DNA from: Candidatus Kerfeldbacteria bacterium
GTDB lineage: Bacteria; Patescibacteriota; Patescibacteriia; SBBC01; CAIJZX01
Direction of reading: 5' to 3'
DNA: 64,000 bases
Assembly: GCA_016193315.1 (NCBI GenBank)
Contig: JACPSJ010000004.1
Location: forward strand, 1,708 to 65,707
Position numbers and translations under genes: made by a program. Positions 10,490 to 20,162 of the stretch are shown one piece after another. The notes beneath the pieces are model-generated. The model saw only the letters and a list, made by a program, of their open reading frames with translations, did no database searches and was not told the DNA's origin. How positions within the stretch are numbered: position 1 is the first letter of the stretch; every line of letters starts with the position of its first letter.

Positions 10490-10518
10490 TTGTCCGGCCC
10501 CAAGAAAAAGCCTATACT
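10490..10518 (+). promoter_or_regulatory. sigma70-like promoter TTGTCC-N17-TATACT upstream of the LCP gene
   Basis: -35 hexamer at 10490-10495, 17-nt spacer, -10 TATACT at 10513-10518. The extended module gcctatacttctgac is also found upstream of dprA. Confidence 0.45.
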
Positions 10519-10529
10519 TCTGACTATCC

Positions 10530-12113
10530 GTGCGAACAGGCGCGGAGGTTCTGCCAACCATGTCAAGACCTCAACTTACGTCGACGAATTCTACGAATAC
10601 GGCCCAGCCGAGTCCGGCCACAACTCAAGTCCCCAAGCGCCATCACCGACTGCGCTGGACGCTGCTGACCGTCGGCGGGCTGCTGGCGGTCTTCATGATC
10701 GTCGCCGGCTGGCTGATTTACCGCGCCATTAGCATCGTCAATACGAGAAAACTCGACGGTTCCAGCGACAAGCTGTCGTTTTTCCAGCAGCTGACGCACC
10801 TCGTCGCCTCCTCGGACCAGCAGCTCCAAGGTGAACGGGAAGACCGGATCAATATCCTGCTCCTCGGCATCGGCGGCCCCGGTCATGAGGGACCGTACTT
10901 GACCGATACGATGATGGTGGCCAGCATCAAACCGTCGACTAAGCAGGTCGCGCTGCTGTCGATTCCGCGGGACCTGGTCGTCAACATTCCCGGTTATGAC
11001 TATCGCAAGATCAACAACGTCCTGGCCATCGGTCGCGAGCGGCACTATCCCGGCGGGGGCGACGCCTTGGCGGTCAAAGTGGTTAGTAGCACCCTCGACC
11101 TGCCGATTCAGTACTATGCCCGGATTGACTTCCGCGGTTTCGAGGAGATTATCGACCGCCTCGGCGGCATCAAGGTCGACGTCGCTCGAGCCTTCACTGA
11201 CCGGGAATACCCAACTACTAATTTTGGTTACCAGGCCATCCGTTTTAACGCTGGCTCGCAGACGATGAATGGTGACGCGGCTCTGAAATACGCCCGCTCA
11301 CGCCACGGGAACAATGGTGAAGGATCAGACTTCGCCCGGGCCGCCCGGCAGCAAAAAATCTTGCTGGCCACGCGAGACAAAGCGCTCAGCCTGGGCACCA
11401 TCATCAATCCGAAGAAGGTCGCCGACATCCTCGGCAGTCTCGGGGCCCATCACCAAACGAACCTGGAGGTGTGGGAAATGATTCGGCTCGCCAAGCTGGT
11501 CGGCGATGTCAACCAGGACACGGTGATCACGAAAGTGCTTGACAACAGTCCGACCGGGCTGCTGACCGCCGCGGTCGGGCAAGCCGGGGCCTACATCTTG
11601 GTGCCGAAAGACGACGGTCTGGGCGATATCAGGTTCCTAGCCCACCAGATCTTCCTGATCGGCCTGGCCGAGCGTGAACAGGTGACGGTGGTGGTGGCCA
11701 ACGCCACCCGCCTGACTGGATTGGCCGATGCGACTACCAAACGATTGGCTGGTTTCGGCATTACCGTGGCTTCACCCCTGTCCATCCGCGGCGCCACGAT
11801 CGGGCGGACCGTTCTCCTCGATCGTAGTCAGGGCCAAGCGGCCAAGACAATTGAACTTGTCGGCCTGTACGCCCGGGCTCAAGGCTCCATCAGCCTGGCC
11901 GAGTGGCAACAACAAACTGGCGATGAGACGCTAGCCGCCGCGTTGCAAACAGTGAACACCCCCGGCGAAGCCGGGTCCGGCTTGCCCGGCTCCCGCCGTG
12001 GCTCAGCCGGAAACACGCCGGTCAACGCTCCGCCCACCAAAACGGTGGTGCTCATTTTGGGGCAAGATCAACAGTCACAGGCTGCGGCCCGTCTCGACAA
12101 CAACCAGTCCTGA
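10530..12113 (+). CDS. LytR-CpsA-Psr (LCP) family cell-wall glycopolymer ligase, N-terminal TM anchor
   Basis: Listed ORF. TM segment LLTVGGLLAVFMIVAGWLIY, then LCP core (...NILLLGIGGPGHEGPYLTDTMMVASIKP...LLSIPRDLVVNIPGY...) and a LytR_C-like tail. First ATG at 10560 (MSRPQLTS) is the likelier start. Confidence 0.85.
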   Translation: MRTGAEVLPTMSRPQLTSTNSTNTAQPSPATTQVPKRHHRLRWTLLTVGGLLAVFMIVAGWLIYRAISIVNTRKLDGSSDKLSFFQQLTHLVASSDQQLQGEREDRINILLLGIGGPGHEGPYLTDTMMVASIKPSTKQVALLSIPRDLVVNIPGYDYRKINNVLAIGRERHYPGGGDALAVKVVSSTLDLPIQYYARIDFRGFEEIIDRLGGIKVDVARAFTDREYPTTNFGYQAIRFNAGSQTMNGDAALKYARSRHGNNGEGSDFARAARQQKILLATRDKALSLGTIINPKKVADILGSLGAHHQTNLEVWEMIRLAKLVGDVNQDTVITKVLDNSPTGLLTAAVGQAGAYILVPKDDGLGDIRFLAHQIFLIGLAEREQVTVVVANATRLTGLADATTKRLAGFGITVASPLSIRGATIGRTVLLDRSQGQAAKTIELVGLYARAQGSISLAEWQQQTGDETLAAALQTVNTPGEAGSGLPGSRRGSAGNTPVNAPPTKTVVLILGQDQQSQAAARLDNNQS

Positions 12114-12653
12114 TTGATGATCGTCGTTGGTCTCGGCAATCCCGGCCGGCGGTACGCTGGCACCCGCCACAGCGTCGGTTTCATGATCGTTGATCGGCTG
12201 GTGAAAGATCTCGGCGGCCGACCCTGGCGGTCGGAGTTTGGAGTCCGGTGGTCGAAAGTCGGGCCGCATTGGATCATCAAGCCTTGGGAGTTCATGAATC
12301 ATAGCGGGCCGGCACTGAAACGGTTCATGGCGGCGAAACGTCTTGGCTTCACCACGGCCAACATGGCCGAGTCGCTGATTGTCATCCACGATGACGTTGA
12401 CTTCCCCATCGGCACTGAGCGTCTGGTCCACCAACGCACCAGCGCCGGCCATCGAGGCGTGCAGTCAATCATTGATACGTTTGGCACCAAAGAGTTTGAT
12501 CGCCTGCGGATCGGGATTGGCGATAATCGAGCCGCCGGCCTGCCGGCCGAAGCGTACGTGTTGCAGCTGTTCAGCCGGGCTGAACGGCCGGTTATCGAGC
12601 AGTCCCTCCACCAAGCGGTGGAGTTAGTAAAAAGTCGCCTCGGGGTGACATAG
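12114..12653 (+). CDS. pth: peptidyl-tRNA hydrolase
   Basis: MMIVVGLGNPGRRYAGTRHSVGFMIVDRL... is the canonical Pth N-terminus. TTG/ATG start abuts the LCP stop. Confidence 0.9.
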   Translation: MMIVVGLGNPGRRYAGTRHSVGFMIVDRLVKDLGGRPWRSEFGVRWSKVGPHWIIKPWEFMNHSGPALKRFMAAKRLGFTTANMAESLIVIHDDVDFPIGTERLVHQRTSAGHRGVQSIIDTFGTKEFDRLRIGIGDNRAAGLPAEAYVLQLFSRAERPVIEQSLHQAVELVKSRLGVT

Positions 12654-12658
12654 AAAGA

Positions 12659-12676
12659 CCACCGCCGAAGCGGTGG
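12659..12676 (+). terminator. GC hairpin (ccaccgc-cgaa-gcggtgg) just after the pth stop; no U-tract
   Basis: 7-bp stem with a CGAA loop, 6 nt after the pth TAG. Confidence 0.3.
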
Positions 12677-12796
12677 CACATAAGGGCGGGCAACCATAAC
12701 CGACGGGGCCACGCCGATCGGATGGCCTTCATCGCCACGAATTCGTCCGTGTCGACCCAGACGGAACAGTTGCCCATAAAGAGCGTTGGGGTGAAC

Positions 12797-12909
12797 CCAG
12801 CACCACTTTTGCCTCCGAATTTCGCGGTGGCGATTTCGCCGCCGATATCGAAACGTGAAAATCAATTATCGCTGAGAGCGGAGTGGGCGGGGGGCAAAAG
12901 TGGTGCTGG
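12797..12909. repeat. perfect 17-bp inverted repeat (ccagcaccacttttgcc / ggcaaaagtggtgctgg) separated by 79 nt, in the pth-mfd intergenic region
   Basis: Arms at 12797-12813 and 12893-12909 are exact reverse complements. Confidence 0.6.
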
Positions 12910-12952
12910 ATGAACCGCCAGGCTACCATTGATCGCCAGCGGGGTCAACCCC

Positions 12953-12981
12953 TTGCCAGAAAACCGCCGATGCGCTATCAT
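12953..12981 (+). promoter_or_regulatory. sigma70-like promoter TTGCCA-N17-TATCAT upstream of mfd
   Basis: Hexamers at 12953-12958 and 12976-12981, 17-nt spacer. Confidence 0.4.
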
Positions 12982-13010
12982 AAGAGTAACAATCAGCCAA
13001 CAGTTTTTCT

Positions 13011-16000
13011 GTGCCTCCATCACGCCCAGGTGTGGTCGGCGGCCCTTTACCTCGTCGCCGTAGCCTCCCTCGACTGGCCGACGGGCGGCTGGCATCAACC
13101 CGCCAGACTCGCCATCGACCATCGACGGCCCAGCGGGGTTTCCGGCAGTTGACCGAACAGCTGATGTCCACCGGCGCCGGCCGGTTTTCCGGCGTGCCCC
13201 ACACGGTCGCCGAAAGTTTTGGCTTTGCCCGGTTATTCCCGCTCCTGCCGACGCCCTGGCAGATGATTTATCTGGTCGGGACGGAACGCGAACGTGAGGT
13301 CGTGGTTCAGGGACTTGAAACGTGGTACCAAGGTTCTGAGCGGCGACCAATTATGGCTGTTCCGCCACTGACGCCCGCTCTTCTCGACCGCCTGCTCCGC
13401 CACGAACCAATCATTCTTGTCTGTCAACAAGCCGTGTTTGCCGATTCGCTCCCCCACCCGGCGGAGTTACCAAACCAATGGCTTATCCTACGGCCCGGGC
13501 CGCTCCCCGATCCCCCCGTCCCCGATCCCCGCCTCCGCGGGGAAGTCGAGGGTGCGGAGGTTGGGGACGGTCCAACCGGCCTCACCCGTCGCTTGGTTGA
13601 ACTGGGGTATACGCCGGTCAGCAGCGTTGAGCAAGCCGGCCAGTGGGCCAAGCGGGGTGAGGTGGTTGACCTTTGGCCGGCGGGCACGACGGCGGCCGTG
13701 CGCGTAGTCTTCAACGGCGGCGCCATCGACCGGCTCCAGGAGTGGCAGCCCGGCCAGACAAATTCTGGTCGGCAGCTGACAGAAGTTCGCTGTGCTCCAC
13801 TGGACTTCACCGGTGTTGACCCGCGCATTAGCTTGCTGTCCTATTTTCAGCCGATGCGGACGCTGATCGTCGTGCCGCGGCTCTCCCTGCTCGACTCCTT
13901 GCCGCGCGGTCGGGAAGCCGCCAAGCAGTACAAACAGGTTCTCCTCGAGCCGTTCGGTGACGAGGGCGTGGTCAAGCTCGATTGGCGGGCGGCCACTTTT
14001 TACCATCGCCAGTGGACGCTGGTGGTGAAAGATGTGGCGCACTGGCAGGCCGCCGGCTACACGATTGCCATCCACACCAACCGTCAGGCCGAATTGGTCG
14101 GCTTGTTCGAACGGCATGGCTTGGCAACTGATGGGCTAACGTGGCTCAACACGCCGGCTCTGACGCAAGGATTTATCGCTCCGTCCGAGCGCTACGTCTA
14201 CCTGACCGATGAAGAGTTGTTCGGTCGCGATCTCCGGGCCAAACAGAACCGCCGCCGGGTGGAGGATGTTTTCCTCAGTGAGTTGACGACTGGTGACTAC
14301 GTGGTCCATCTCGACCACGGCATCGGTCGCTTCATTGGCATGCGACTGCAACAGGTCAACGGCCACGCCAAAGAGTACTTCGTCCTCGAATACGCTGGAA
14401 ACGATAAACTCTACGTCCCGGTCGAGACGGCCGACAAGATCAACCGCTACTTAGGCAGCCCAAACCCAAAACTCCACAGTCTGTCCAGTTCGAGTTGGGC
14501 GACGGTAACGAAGAAGATTCAGGCTGATACCAGCCGCGTGGCCCACGAGCTGCTCGAGCTCTATGCCCAGCGCGAGCTGGCCCAGGCGCCGCGCTTGCTA
14601 CCCCACGCCGAGGCGGAAGAACGCCTGGCCGACCAATTTCCGTACGAGCTGACCGCCGACCAGGCCCGCACGCTCCAGGAGACGATGGCTGACTTGGAAC
14701 GCGACACCCCGTCCGACCGTCTCATTTGCGGTGATGTCGGGTTCGGCAAGACGGAGGTGGCCATCCGGGCGGCTTGGCGCGTCGTCTTGAACAAGCGGCA
14801 GGTAGCGCTCCTGTCGCCCACCACCATCCTGACCCAGCAACACTTTGACACCTTCCGCAGCCGGCTCCGGGGACTCCCGGTCAGCATCGGTGTCCTGTCC
14901 CGCTTTGAGTCAAAAGAAGAACAGCAGGCGGTTCTGGCGCAGTTGGCTGCCGGCCAGTTGGACATCGTCATCGGCACCCATCGCCTGCTGTCGGCCGACG
15001 TGAAGTTTAAAACCCTCGGTCTGATCATCGTCGACGAGGAGCAGCGTTTCGGCGTCAAGCACAAAGAGAAACTGAAAGCGCTGCGGACCGAAGCCCACGT
15101 CCTAACGCTGACGGCCACGCCCATCCCGCGGACGCTCAATTTCGCCCTGGCCGGCTTACGTGATATCAGCGTGATTGAGACTCCGCCCGAGGGTCGGCAA
15201 CCGATTGAAACCGCTATCCAACCCTACGACGCCGATCTCGTTCGCGAGGCCATCCAACGTGAGCTGCACCGGCATGGGCAGGTCTACTACGTACACAACG
15301 ATGTCGAGACGATCGATGCCGCTCGCGATCGACTCCAAAAGTTGGTGCCCACGGCTCGCTTCGGCATCGCCCATGGCCAGCTTGATGAACAACAACTGTC
15401 GCGAGTGATGGAGCAATTCGACAACCAGCGTCTCGACGTCCTCGTCGCTTCGACCATCATCGAGAACGGTCTCGATTTGCCCAACGTCAACACCCTGATC
15501 GTCGATCAGGCCAGCAAGTTCGGCTTGGCCCAACTCTACCAACTGCGCGGGCGGATCGGCCGTGGTTTCCGCCAAGCCTACGCTTACTTCATGTACCGAT
15601 CAGGGCGGGTGGTCGGAAAGCCACACAAGCGCCTGCAAGCGTTGCTCGAAGCCAAGGAGCTCGGTAGCGGTTTCCGCCTGGCCATGCGCGATTTGGAAAT
15701 CCGCGGCACCGGCAACATCCTCGGCAAGAAGCAGCACGGCCACGTCACCGCCATCGGTCTCAACCTCTATGCCCGGCTGCTGGCCCAAGCAGTCGAAGAA
15801 CTCCGGACCGGAAAACCAGCCCGTCCCAGCCGCGATATCCTGATTGACCTGCCGCTGGCCATCGCCATCCCGCTAGCCTTCGTACCGAGCGAGCCGAAGC
15901 GGCTCCGTCTCTACCAGCGCTTGGCCGCCCTCGAAACGGTCGAAGAACTGCACGAATTTCGCCAGCAGGAGTTCAAGCACCGCCCGCTCCCCGACCCGCT

Positions 16001-16340
16001 GGTCAACCTGCTCGAGGCGCTGGAGTTGAAAATCCTGGCCCAGGACACGCCGATCACCTCCATTCAGCAAACGAAAGTTACGCTCGAGGGCGTGACCAGG
16101 GAGAAAATCGTCGTCACCTTCGAGCAGATGATTACGCCGGAACAAATCGGTCAACTACTGAAACGGAATCAGGCCTGGGATTTCACGCCCGAATTCGTCA
16201 AGATCGACCGCGACTTGCTGGGACCGAAATGGCTCCAGGAGTTGAAACAGGTAGTCAAGATTTTCCGGGCCGTCAAGGAAACGGCGGACGGAAACGGCGG
16301 GCCGAGCCGCCACGAGCGCTTGTCAAAACCAAAATCCTAG
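13011..16340 (+). CDS. mfd: transcription-repair coupling factor Mfd
   Basis: CGDVGFGKTEVAIRAA Walker A, IVDEEQRFGV, helicase motifs and a TRCF C-terminal domain. Listed GTG start at 13011; in-frame ATG at 13164 (MSTGAGRF) may be the true start. Confidence 0.9.
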   Translation: MPPSRPGVVGGPLPRRRSLPRLADGRLASTRQTRHRPSTAQRGFRQLTEQLMSTGAGRFSGVPHTVAESFGFARLFPLLPTPWQMIYLVGTEREREVVVQGLETWYQGSERRPIMAVPPLTPALLDRLLRHEPIILVCQQAVFADSLPHPAELPNQWLILRPGPLPDPPVPDPRLRGEVEGAEVGDGPTGLTRRLVELGYTPVSSVEQAGQWAKRGEVVDLWPAGTTAAVRVVFNGGAIDRLQEWQPGQTNSGRQLTEVRCAPLDFTGVDPRISLLSYFQPMRTLIVVPRLSLLDSLPRGREAAKQYKQVLLEPFGDEGVVKLDWRAATFYHRQWTLVVKDVAHWQAAGYTIAIHTNRQAELVGLFERHGLATDGLTWLNTPALTQGFIAPSERYVYLTDEELFGRDLRAKQNRRRVEDVFLSELTTGDYVVHLDHGIGRFIGMRLQQVNGHAKEYFVLEYAGNDKLYVPVETADKINRYLGSPNPKLHSLSSSSWATVTKKIQADTSRVAHELLELYAQRELAQAPRLLPHAEAEERLADQFPYELTADQARTLQETMADLERDTPSDRLICGDVGFGKTEVAIRAAWRVVLNKRQVALLSPTTILTQQHFDTFRSRLRGLPVSIGVLSRFESKEEQQAVLAQLAAGQLDIVIGTHRLLSADVKFKTLGLIIVDEEQRFGVKHKEKLKALRTEAHVLTLTATPIPRTLNFALAGLRDISVIETPPEGRQPIETAIQPYDADLVREAIQRELHRHGQVYYVHNDVETIDAARDRLQKLVPTARFGIAHGQLDEQQLSRVMEQFDNQRLDVLVASTIIENGLDLPNVNTLIVDQASKFGLAQLYQLRGRIGRGFRQAYAYFMYRSGRVVGKPHKRLQALLEAKELGSGFRLAMRDLEIRGTGNILGKKQHGHVTAIGLNLYARLLAQAVEELRTGKPARPSRDILIDLPLAIAIPLAFVPSEPKRLRLYQRLAALETVEELHEFRQQEFKHRPLPDPLVNLLEALELKILAQDTPITSIQQTKVTLEGVTREKIVVTFEQMITPEQIGQLLKRNQAWDFTPEFVKIDRDLLGPKWLQELKQVVKIFRAVKETADGNGGPSRHERLSKPKS

Positions 16341-16348
16341 CCTATACT
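16320..16348 (+). promoter_or_regulatory. sigma70-like promoter TTGTCA-N17-TATACT for dprA, embedded in the 3' end of mfd
   Basis: Hexamers at 16320-16325 and 16343-16348. The same extended -10 module (gcctatacttctgac) is seen at the LCP promoter. Confidence 0.45.
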
Positions 16349-16359
16349 TCTGACCATCG

Positions 16360-17568
16360 GTGGCTCGGTCTTCGACCCACCGTTTTGCGGTCATCCAAAT
16401 GACTTCATCCCGGCCAGGGTCGTCACCTAGAATTACCATGCCGGCATATTACTCCGCCACCTACCATCGCAAAACACCGCCCCTCGCGGCTGTTCGTTTA
16501 GCCGCCGTCCATCAGCTGCCGATGGTCAGTTGGAAAACGCTCCGTCTCCTGGTTGATCACCGGCTGTACGATCGTCCGCTCGCGGATTGGTCAGCAGCCG
16601 AACTGGTGACCATTGGCGTCGACCCCCGCCTCGCCGCTCGCGTTATCGAACGGGCCTGGCAGCTCGATCTTGACCGCGCCGAGCAACAACTGAATTATCT
16701 CAGCGTGACGATCATGACTATTCATGACTCGGACTACCCGGCCCAGCTGAAGGAAATCGCCAGTCCGCCGTCAGTGCTCTACCTTCGCGGCTCGGTTGAG
16801 GCGCTGCAGACGCCAGCCTTGGCTGTGGTTGGCACCCGGCAGCCGAGTCCGCACGGGCAGGTCATCACGGAACGGCTGGTCGGGCCGGTGGCCCAGGCCG
16901 GGGTAATCATCGTTTCCGGCTTGGCGATCGGCATTGACGCCTCGGCGCATCGCGCCGCCCTCGCCGCTGCCGGCCGGACCGTGGCCGTGCTCGGGACCGG
17001 CATTGACCTGACCTACCCGCCGGAGCACCGGTCGCTGGTCGAAGAGATAATCGCTGGGGGCGGGACGATCGTCTCCGAATTTCCGCTCGGCAGTCCGCCG
17101 GAACGACACCACTTCCCGCAACGCAATCGGGTCATCGCCGGGCTGGCCAGAGCGACCATGCTGGTCGAAGCCGGCGAACGGTCGGGTGCCCTCATCACCG
17201 CCAAGTTCGCGGTCGAGTCCAATCGGGAAGTGTTCGCGGTCCCAGGCTCAGTCCTATCGCCTACCTCGGTCGGTCCGAACAACTGGCTGAAGCTCGGCGC
17301 GCGGCCCACGACCTCCAGCGCCGATCTCTTAGAGATTTACGGAGCTGGTCAGGGCTCGTGGCTGACCGCGCCAGCCCGGATCGCGCCGGCGAACGAAATC
17401 GAGGCCACCCTCCTGTCACTCCTGACCGTCGAACCAGTCCATATTGACGAGTTGGTGGAAAAGAGTAGACTGGACACCAGTATTGTGTCGGCGACTTTGG
17501 CATTGATGGAAGTCAACGGCAAAGTTCGTCACCTGGGAGGAATGTTTTACACTCTTGAAGCCCCATGA
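16360..17568 (+). CDS. dprA: DNA processing protein DprA (Smf)
   Basis: N-terminal SAM-like region, Rossmann-like core (...VSGLAIGIDASAHRAAL..., GTGIDLTYP) and a C-terminal winged-helix tail. 4-bp overlap with topA; dprA-topA synteny is conserved. Confidence 0.8.
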   Translation: MARSSTHRFAVIQMTSSRPGSSPRITMPAYYSATYHRKTPPLAAVRLAAVHQLPMVSWKTLRLLVDHRLYDRPLADWSAAELVTIGVDPRLAARVIERAWQLDLDRAEQQLNYLSVTIMTIHDSDYPAQLKEIASPPSVLYLRGSVEALQTPALAVVGTRQPSPHGQVITERLVGPVAQAGVIIVSGLAIGIDASAHRAALAAAGRTVAVLGTGIDLTYPPEHRSLVEEIIAGGGTIVSEFPLGSPPERHHFPQRNRVIAGLARATMLVEAGERSGALITAKFAVESNREVFAVPGSVLSPTSVGPNNWLKLGARPTTSSADLLEIYGAGQGSWLTAPARIAPANEIEATLLSLLTVEPVHIDELVEKSRLDTSIVSATLALMEVNGKVRHLGGMFYTLEAP

Positions 17569-20162
17569 CCTCCGGCCTGGTCATTGTCGAATCACCAACC
17601 AAAGCGAAGAAGATCGCCGAGTTCCTCGGAACGAAGTACGACGTCCAGTCGTCGTACGGGCACGTCCGCGACCTGCCGAAGAGTGCGATGGGTATCGACA
17701 TCGACCACGGCTTCCAACCGGAGTACGTCGTCCTGGAGGAAAGTAAGAAAACGATTGCTGACCTCAAGCGCCGCGCCGCCCGGGCTTCAGCTGTCTTCTT
17801 CGCCACTGACGAGGATCGCGAGGGCGAGGCCATTTCTTGGCACCTGGCCGAACTCCTGAAGATTCCCCCGGACCACCTCAAGCGCATCGTCTTCCACGAA
17901 ATCACGTCGAAGGCCATTCTGGCTGCCATGGCCGAACCGCGCGGCATCGACCTCCGCCTGGTCAAAGCGCAGGAGGAACGCCGCCTGCTGGACCGGCTCT
18001 ACGGCTACGAAGTGTCGCCGATGCTGTGGCGGAAAATCCGTCCCGGCCTATCCGCTGGTCGGGTGCAGAGTGTCGCCACTCGGCTGCTGGTGGAACGAGA
18101 GCGCCAACGCCTGACCTTTCGCTCCAGCTCGTATTGGGACATTGTTGGACGCTTCGCCCCTAATGGCCAGTCGTTCGAAGCTCGCCTCCAAGCCATTGCC
18201 GGCCGAAGCGTAGCCACCGGCCAAGACTTTGATCCGACCAGCGGCCAGCTGAAGCACCAGCGCGTTCAGTGGCTCAAGGCGGATGAGGCCAAGCGACTAG
18301 CCGAGCAATGGCGCTCCTCGTCGGCCACCGTTGAGGGCGTTGACGAAAGCCCGTTTACCGAGCGCCCCTCGCCGCCGTTCACCACCAGCACGCTGCAACA
18401 AGAAGCCAACCGCAAACTCCGTTTCTCGGCCCGGCGGACCATGCAGCTGGCCCAGCAGCTATACGAAAACGGATACATCACCTATATGCGGACCGATTCG
18501 ACCATCCTGTCGGATGAAGCATTGACGGCGGCGCGGCAATGGATCAAACAACAATACGGCCCGCCGTATCTGACCGACCAGCCGCGGCAATTCACCACCA
18601 AAGTCAAGAATGTCCAGGAGGCGCATGAGGCTATCCGCCCGGCCGGTGAACAGTTCCAGCCATTGGAGAAAGTGAAATCTGAACTGGAGACGGATGTCTT
18701 CCGCCTTTACGAACTGATTTGGAAACGGACGGTCGCCTCGCAGATGACCGAGGCTCGCGGCCGACGGATGAAGGTGGCCGTCGCCCTCGGCACCGGACTG
18801 TTTGTAGCCCAAGGAAAAACCTACGATTTCGTCGGCTTCCGGCGGGCCTATGTTGAAGGCAGCGACGACCCCGCCGCCGAGTTAGCGGAACGAGAGATGG
18901 TCCTGCCGCCGGTCAAACCAGGCCGATCTCTGACGGTTGATGAGCTGGCGCCTACGGAACACATCACTCAGCCGCCGCCGCGGTTAACGGAGGCCACGCT
19001 GGTCAAAGAGCTGGAAACACGCAGCATCGGTCGGCCAAGCACATACGCGGCGATCATTGAGACGATTCTCCGCCGCGAGTACGTCTTCAAGCGCGGCCCG
19101 ACCCTGATCCCAACATTTACCGCCTTCGCCGTGGTCAACCTGTTGGAACAATACTTACCTTCTTTTGTCGACTATGCCTTCACGGCCACCATGGAAGATC
19201 GGCTCGATGCCATCGCCCTTGGCCAGGCAGACGATAAAGCTTACCTCCGGCAGTTCTACTTCGGCGACGGCATGCCTGGTTTGAAGCCGACGTTGGAACA
19301 CGTTCGGGATACGATCGACCCGCGCCTGACGAGCGGGGTGACGATTGGGACGCTCGAGGACCAGCCACTTGAAGTCAGAATCGGCCGCTATGGACCATTC
19401 CTCCGTTGGAACGGACAGACCGCCCGTCTGCCCGAGGACCTGCCGCCCGATGAGCTGACGATCGATCGAGCCTTGGCCCTACTGAAAGCCAGCCAGGCGG
19501 CTGACCAGCCGCTCGGCGTCGACCCCCACAGCGGGCAGAACGTCTACCTCAAACTCGGCCGCTTCGGGCCGTACGTTCAGCTGGGCGAAACACCATCCAC
19601 CCCAAAAGATGAAAACGGCCAGCCGACGAAGAAACGGCGACCGAAAAAGGACCAGTCCAGCGGGGCCAACAAACCGAAGATGGCTTCGCTTCTGCCCGGC
19701 ATGTCGGCCGAGACCGTGTCGCTCGAGCAGGCGCTCCAGCTGTTGTCATTACCCCGCACGGTCGGACTCCACTCACCAGATCAACAGCCGATTCTGGCCG
19801 CCAATGGCCGGTTCGGCCAATACATCAAGTGGGGCCAGGAGAGCCGAAGCATCCCCGACGGTCAAGACGCGTTAACCATCACGCTCGAGCAGTGCTTGGA
19901 ACTTCTGGCCCAAGAAAAGACTCGTGGGCGCGGGCGCCGCGTGTCTAAGACGCTGAAGGAACTTGGGTCGCATCCACAAACTGGCCTACCCATCAAGATC
20001 CTCGACGGTCGCTACGGCCCGTACGTTACTGACGGCACGGTCAATGCCACCATACCGTCCGGCACCGCACCGGAGTCATTGACCATGATCGAGGCCGTGA
20101 CTCTGTTGACCGAACGGGCCGCCCGGCCGAAGCGGCGCCGGACAATGCGTCGCGGCCGCTAG
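17565..20162 (+). CDS. topA: DNA topoisomerase I with a Lys-rich basic C-terminal tail
   Basis: TOPRIM N-terminus (VIVESPTKAKKIAEFLG), catalytic-Tyr region (YITYMRTDS) and a basic tail (KKRRPKKDQSSGANKPK) rather than Zn ribbons, as in actinobacterial TopA. Confidence 0.95.
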   Translation: MTSGLVIVESPTKAKKIAEFLGTKYDVQSSYGHVRDLPKSAMGIDIDHGFQPEYVVLEESKKTIADLKRRAARASAVFFATDEDREGEAISWHLAELLKIPPDHLKRIVFHEITSKAILAAMAEPRGIDLRLVKAQEERRLLDRLYGYEVSPMLWRKIRPGLSAGRVQSVATRLLVERERQRLTFRSSSYWDIVGRFAPNGQSFEARLQAIAGRSVATGQDFDPTSGQLKHQRVQWLKADEAKRLAEQWRSSSATVEGVDESPFTERPSPPFTTSTLQQEANRKLRFSARRTMQLAQQLYENGYITYMRTDSTILSDEALTAARQWIKQQYGPPYLTDQPRQFTTKVKNVQEAHEAIRPAGEQFQPLEKVKSELETDVFRLYELIWKRTVASQMTEARGRRMKVAVALGTGLFVAQGKTYDFVGFRRAYVEGSDDPAAELAEREMVLPPVKPGRSLTVDELAPTEHITQPPPRLTEATLVKELETRSIGRPSTYAAIIETILRREYVFKRGPTLIPTFTAFAVVNLLEQYLPSFVDYAFTATMEDRLDAIALGQADDKAYLRQFYFGDGMPGLKPTLEHVRDTIDPRLTSGVTIGTLEDQPLEVRIGRYGPFLRWNGQTARLPEDLPPDELTIDRALALLKASQAADQPLGVDPHSGQNVYLKLGRFGPYVQLGETPSTPKDENGQPTKKRRPKKDQSSGANKPKMASLLPGMSAETVSLEQALQLLSLPRTVGLHSPDQQPILAANGRFGQYIKWGQESRSIPDGQDALTITLEQCLELLAQEKTRGRGRRVSKTLKELGSHPQTGLPIKILDGRYGPYVTDGTVNATIPSGTAPESLTMIEAVTLLTERAARPKRRRTMRRGR

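Noticed and set aside
12299-14117. Minus-strand ORFs 12299..12865, 12862..13350 and 13488..14117
   Set aside because: Antisense to the well-supported pth and mfd genes, with Arg/Pro-rich junk composition. There is no room for real genes.
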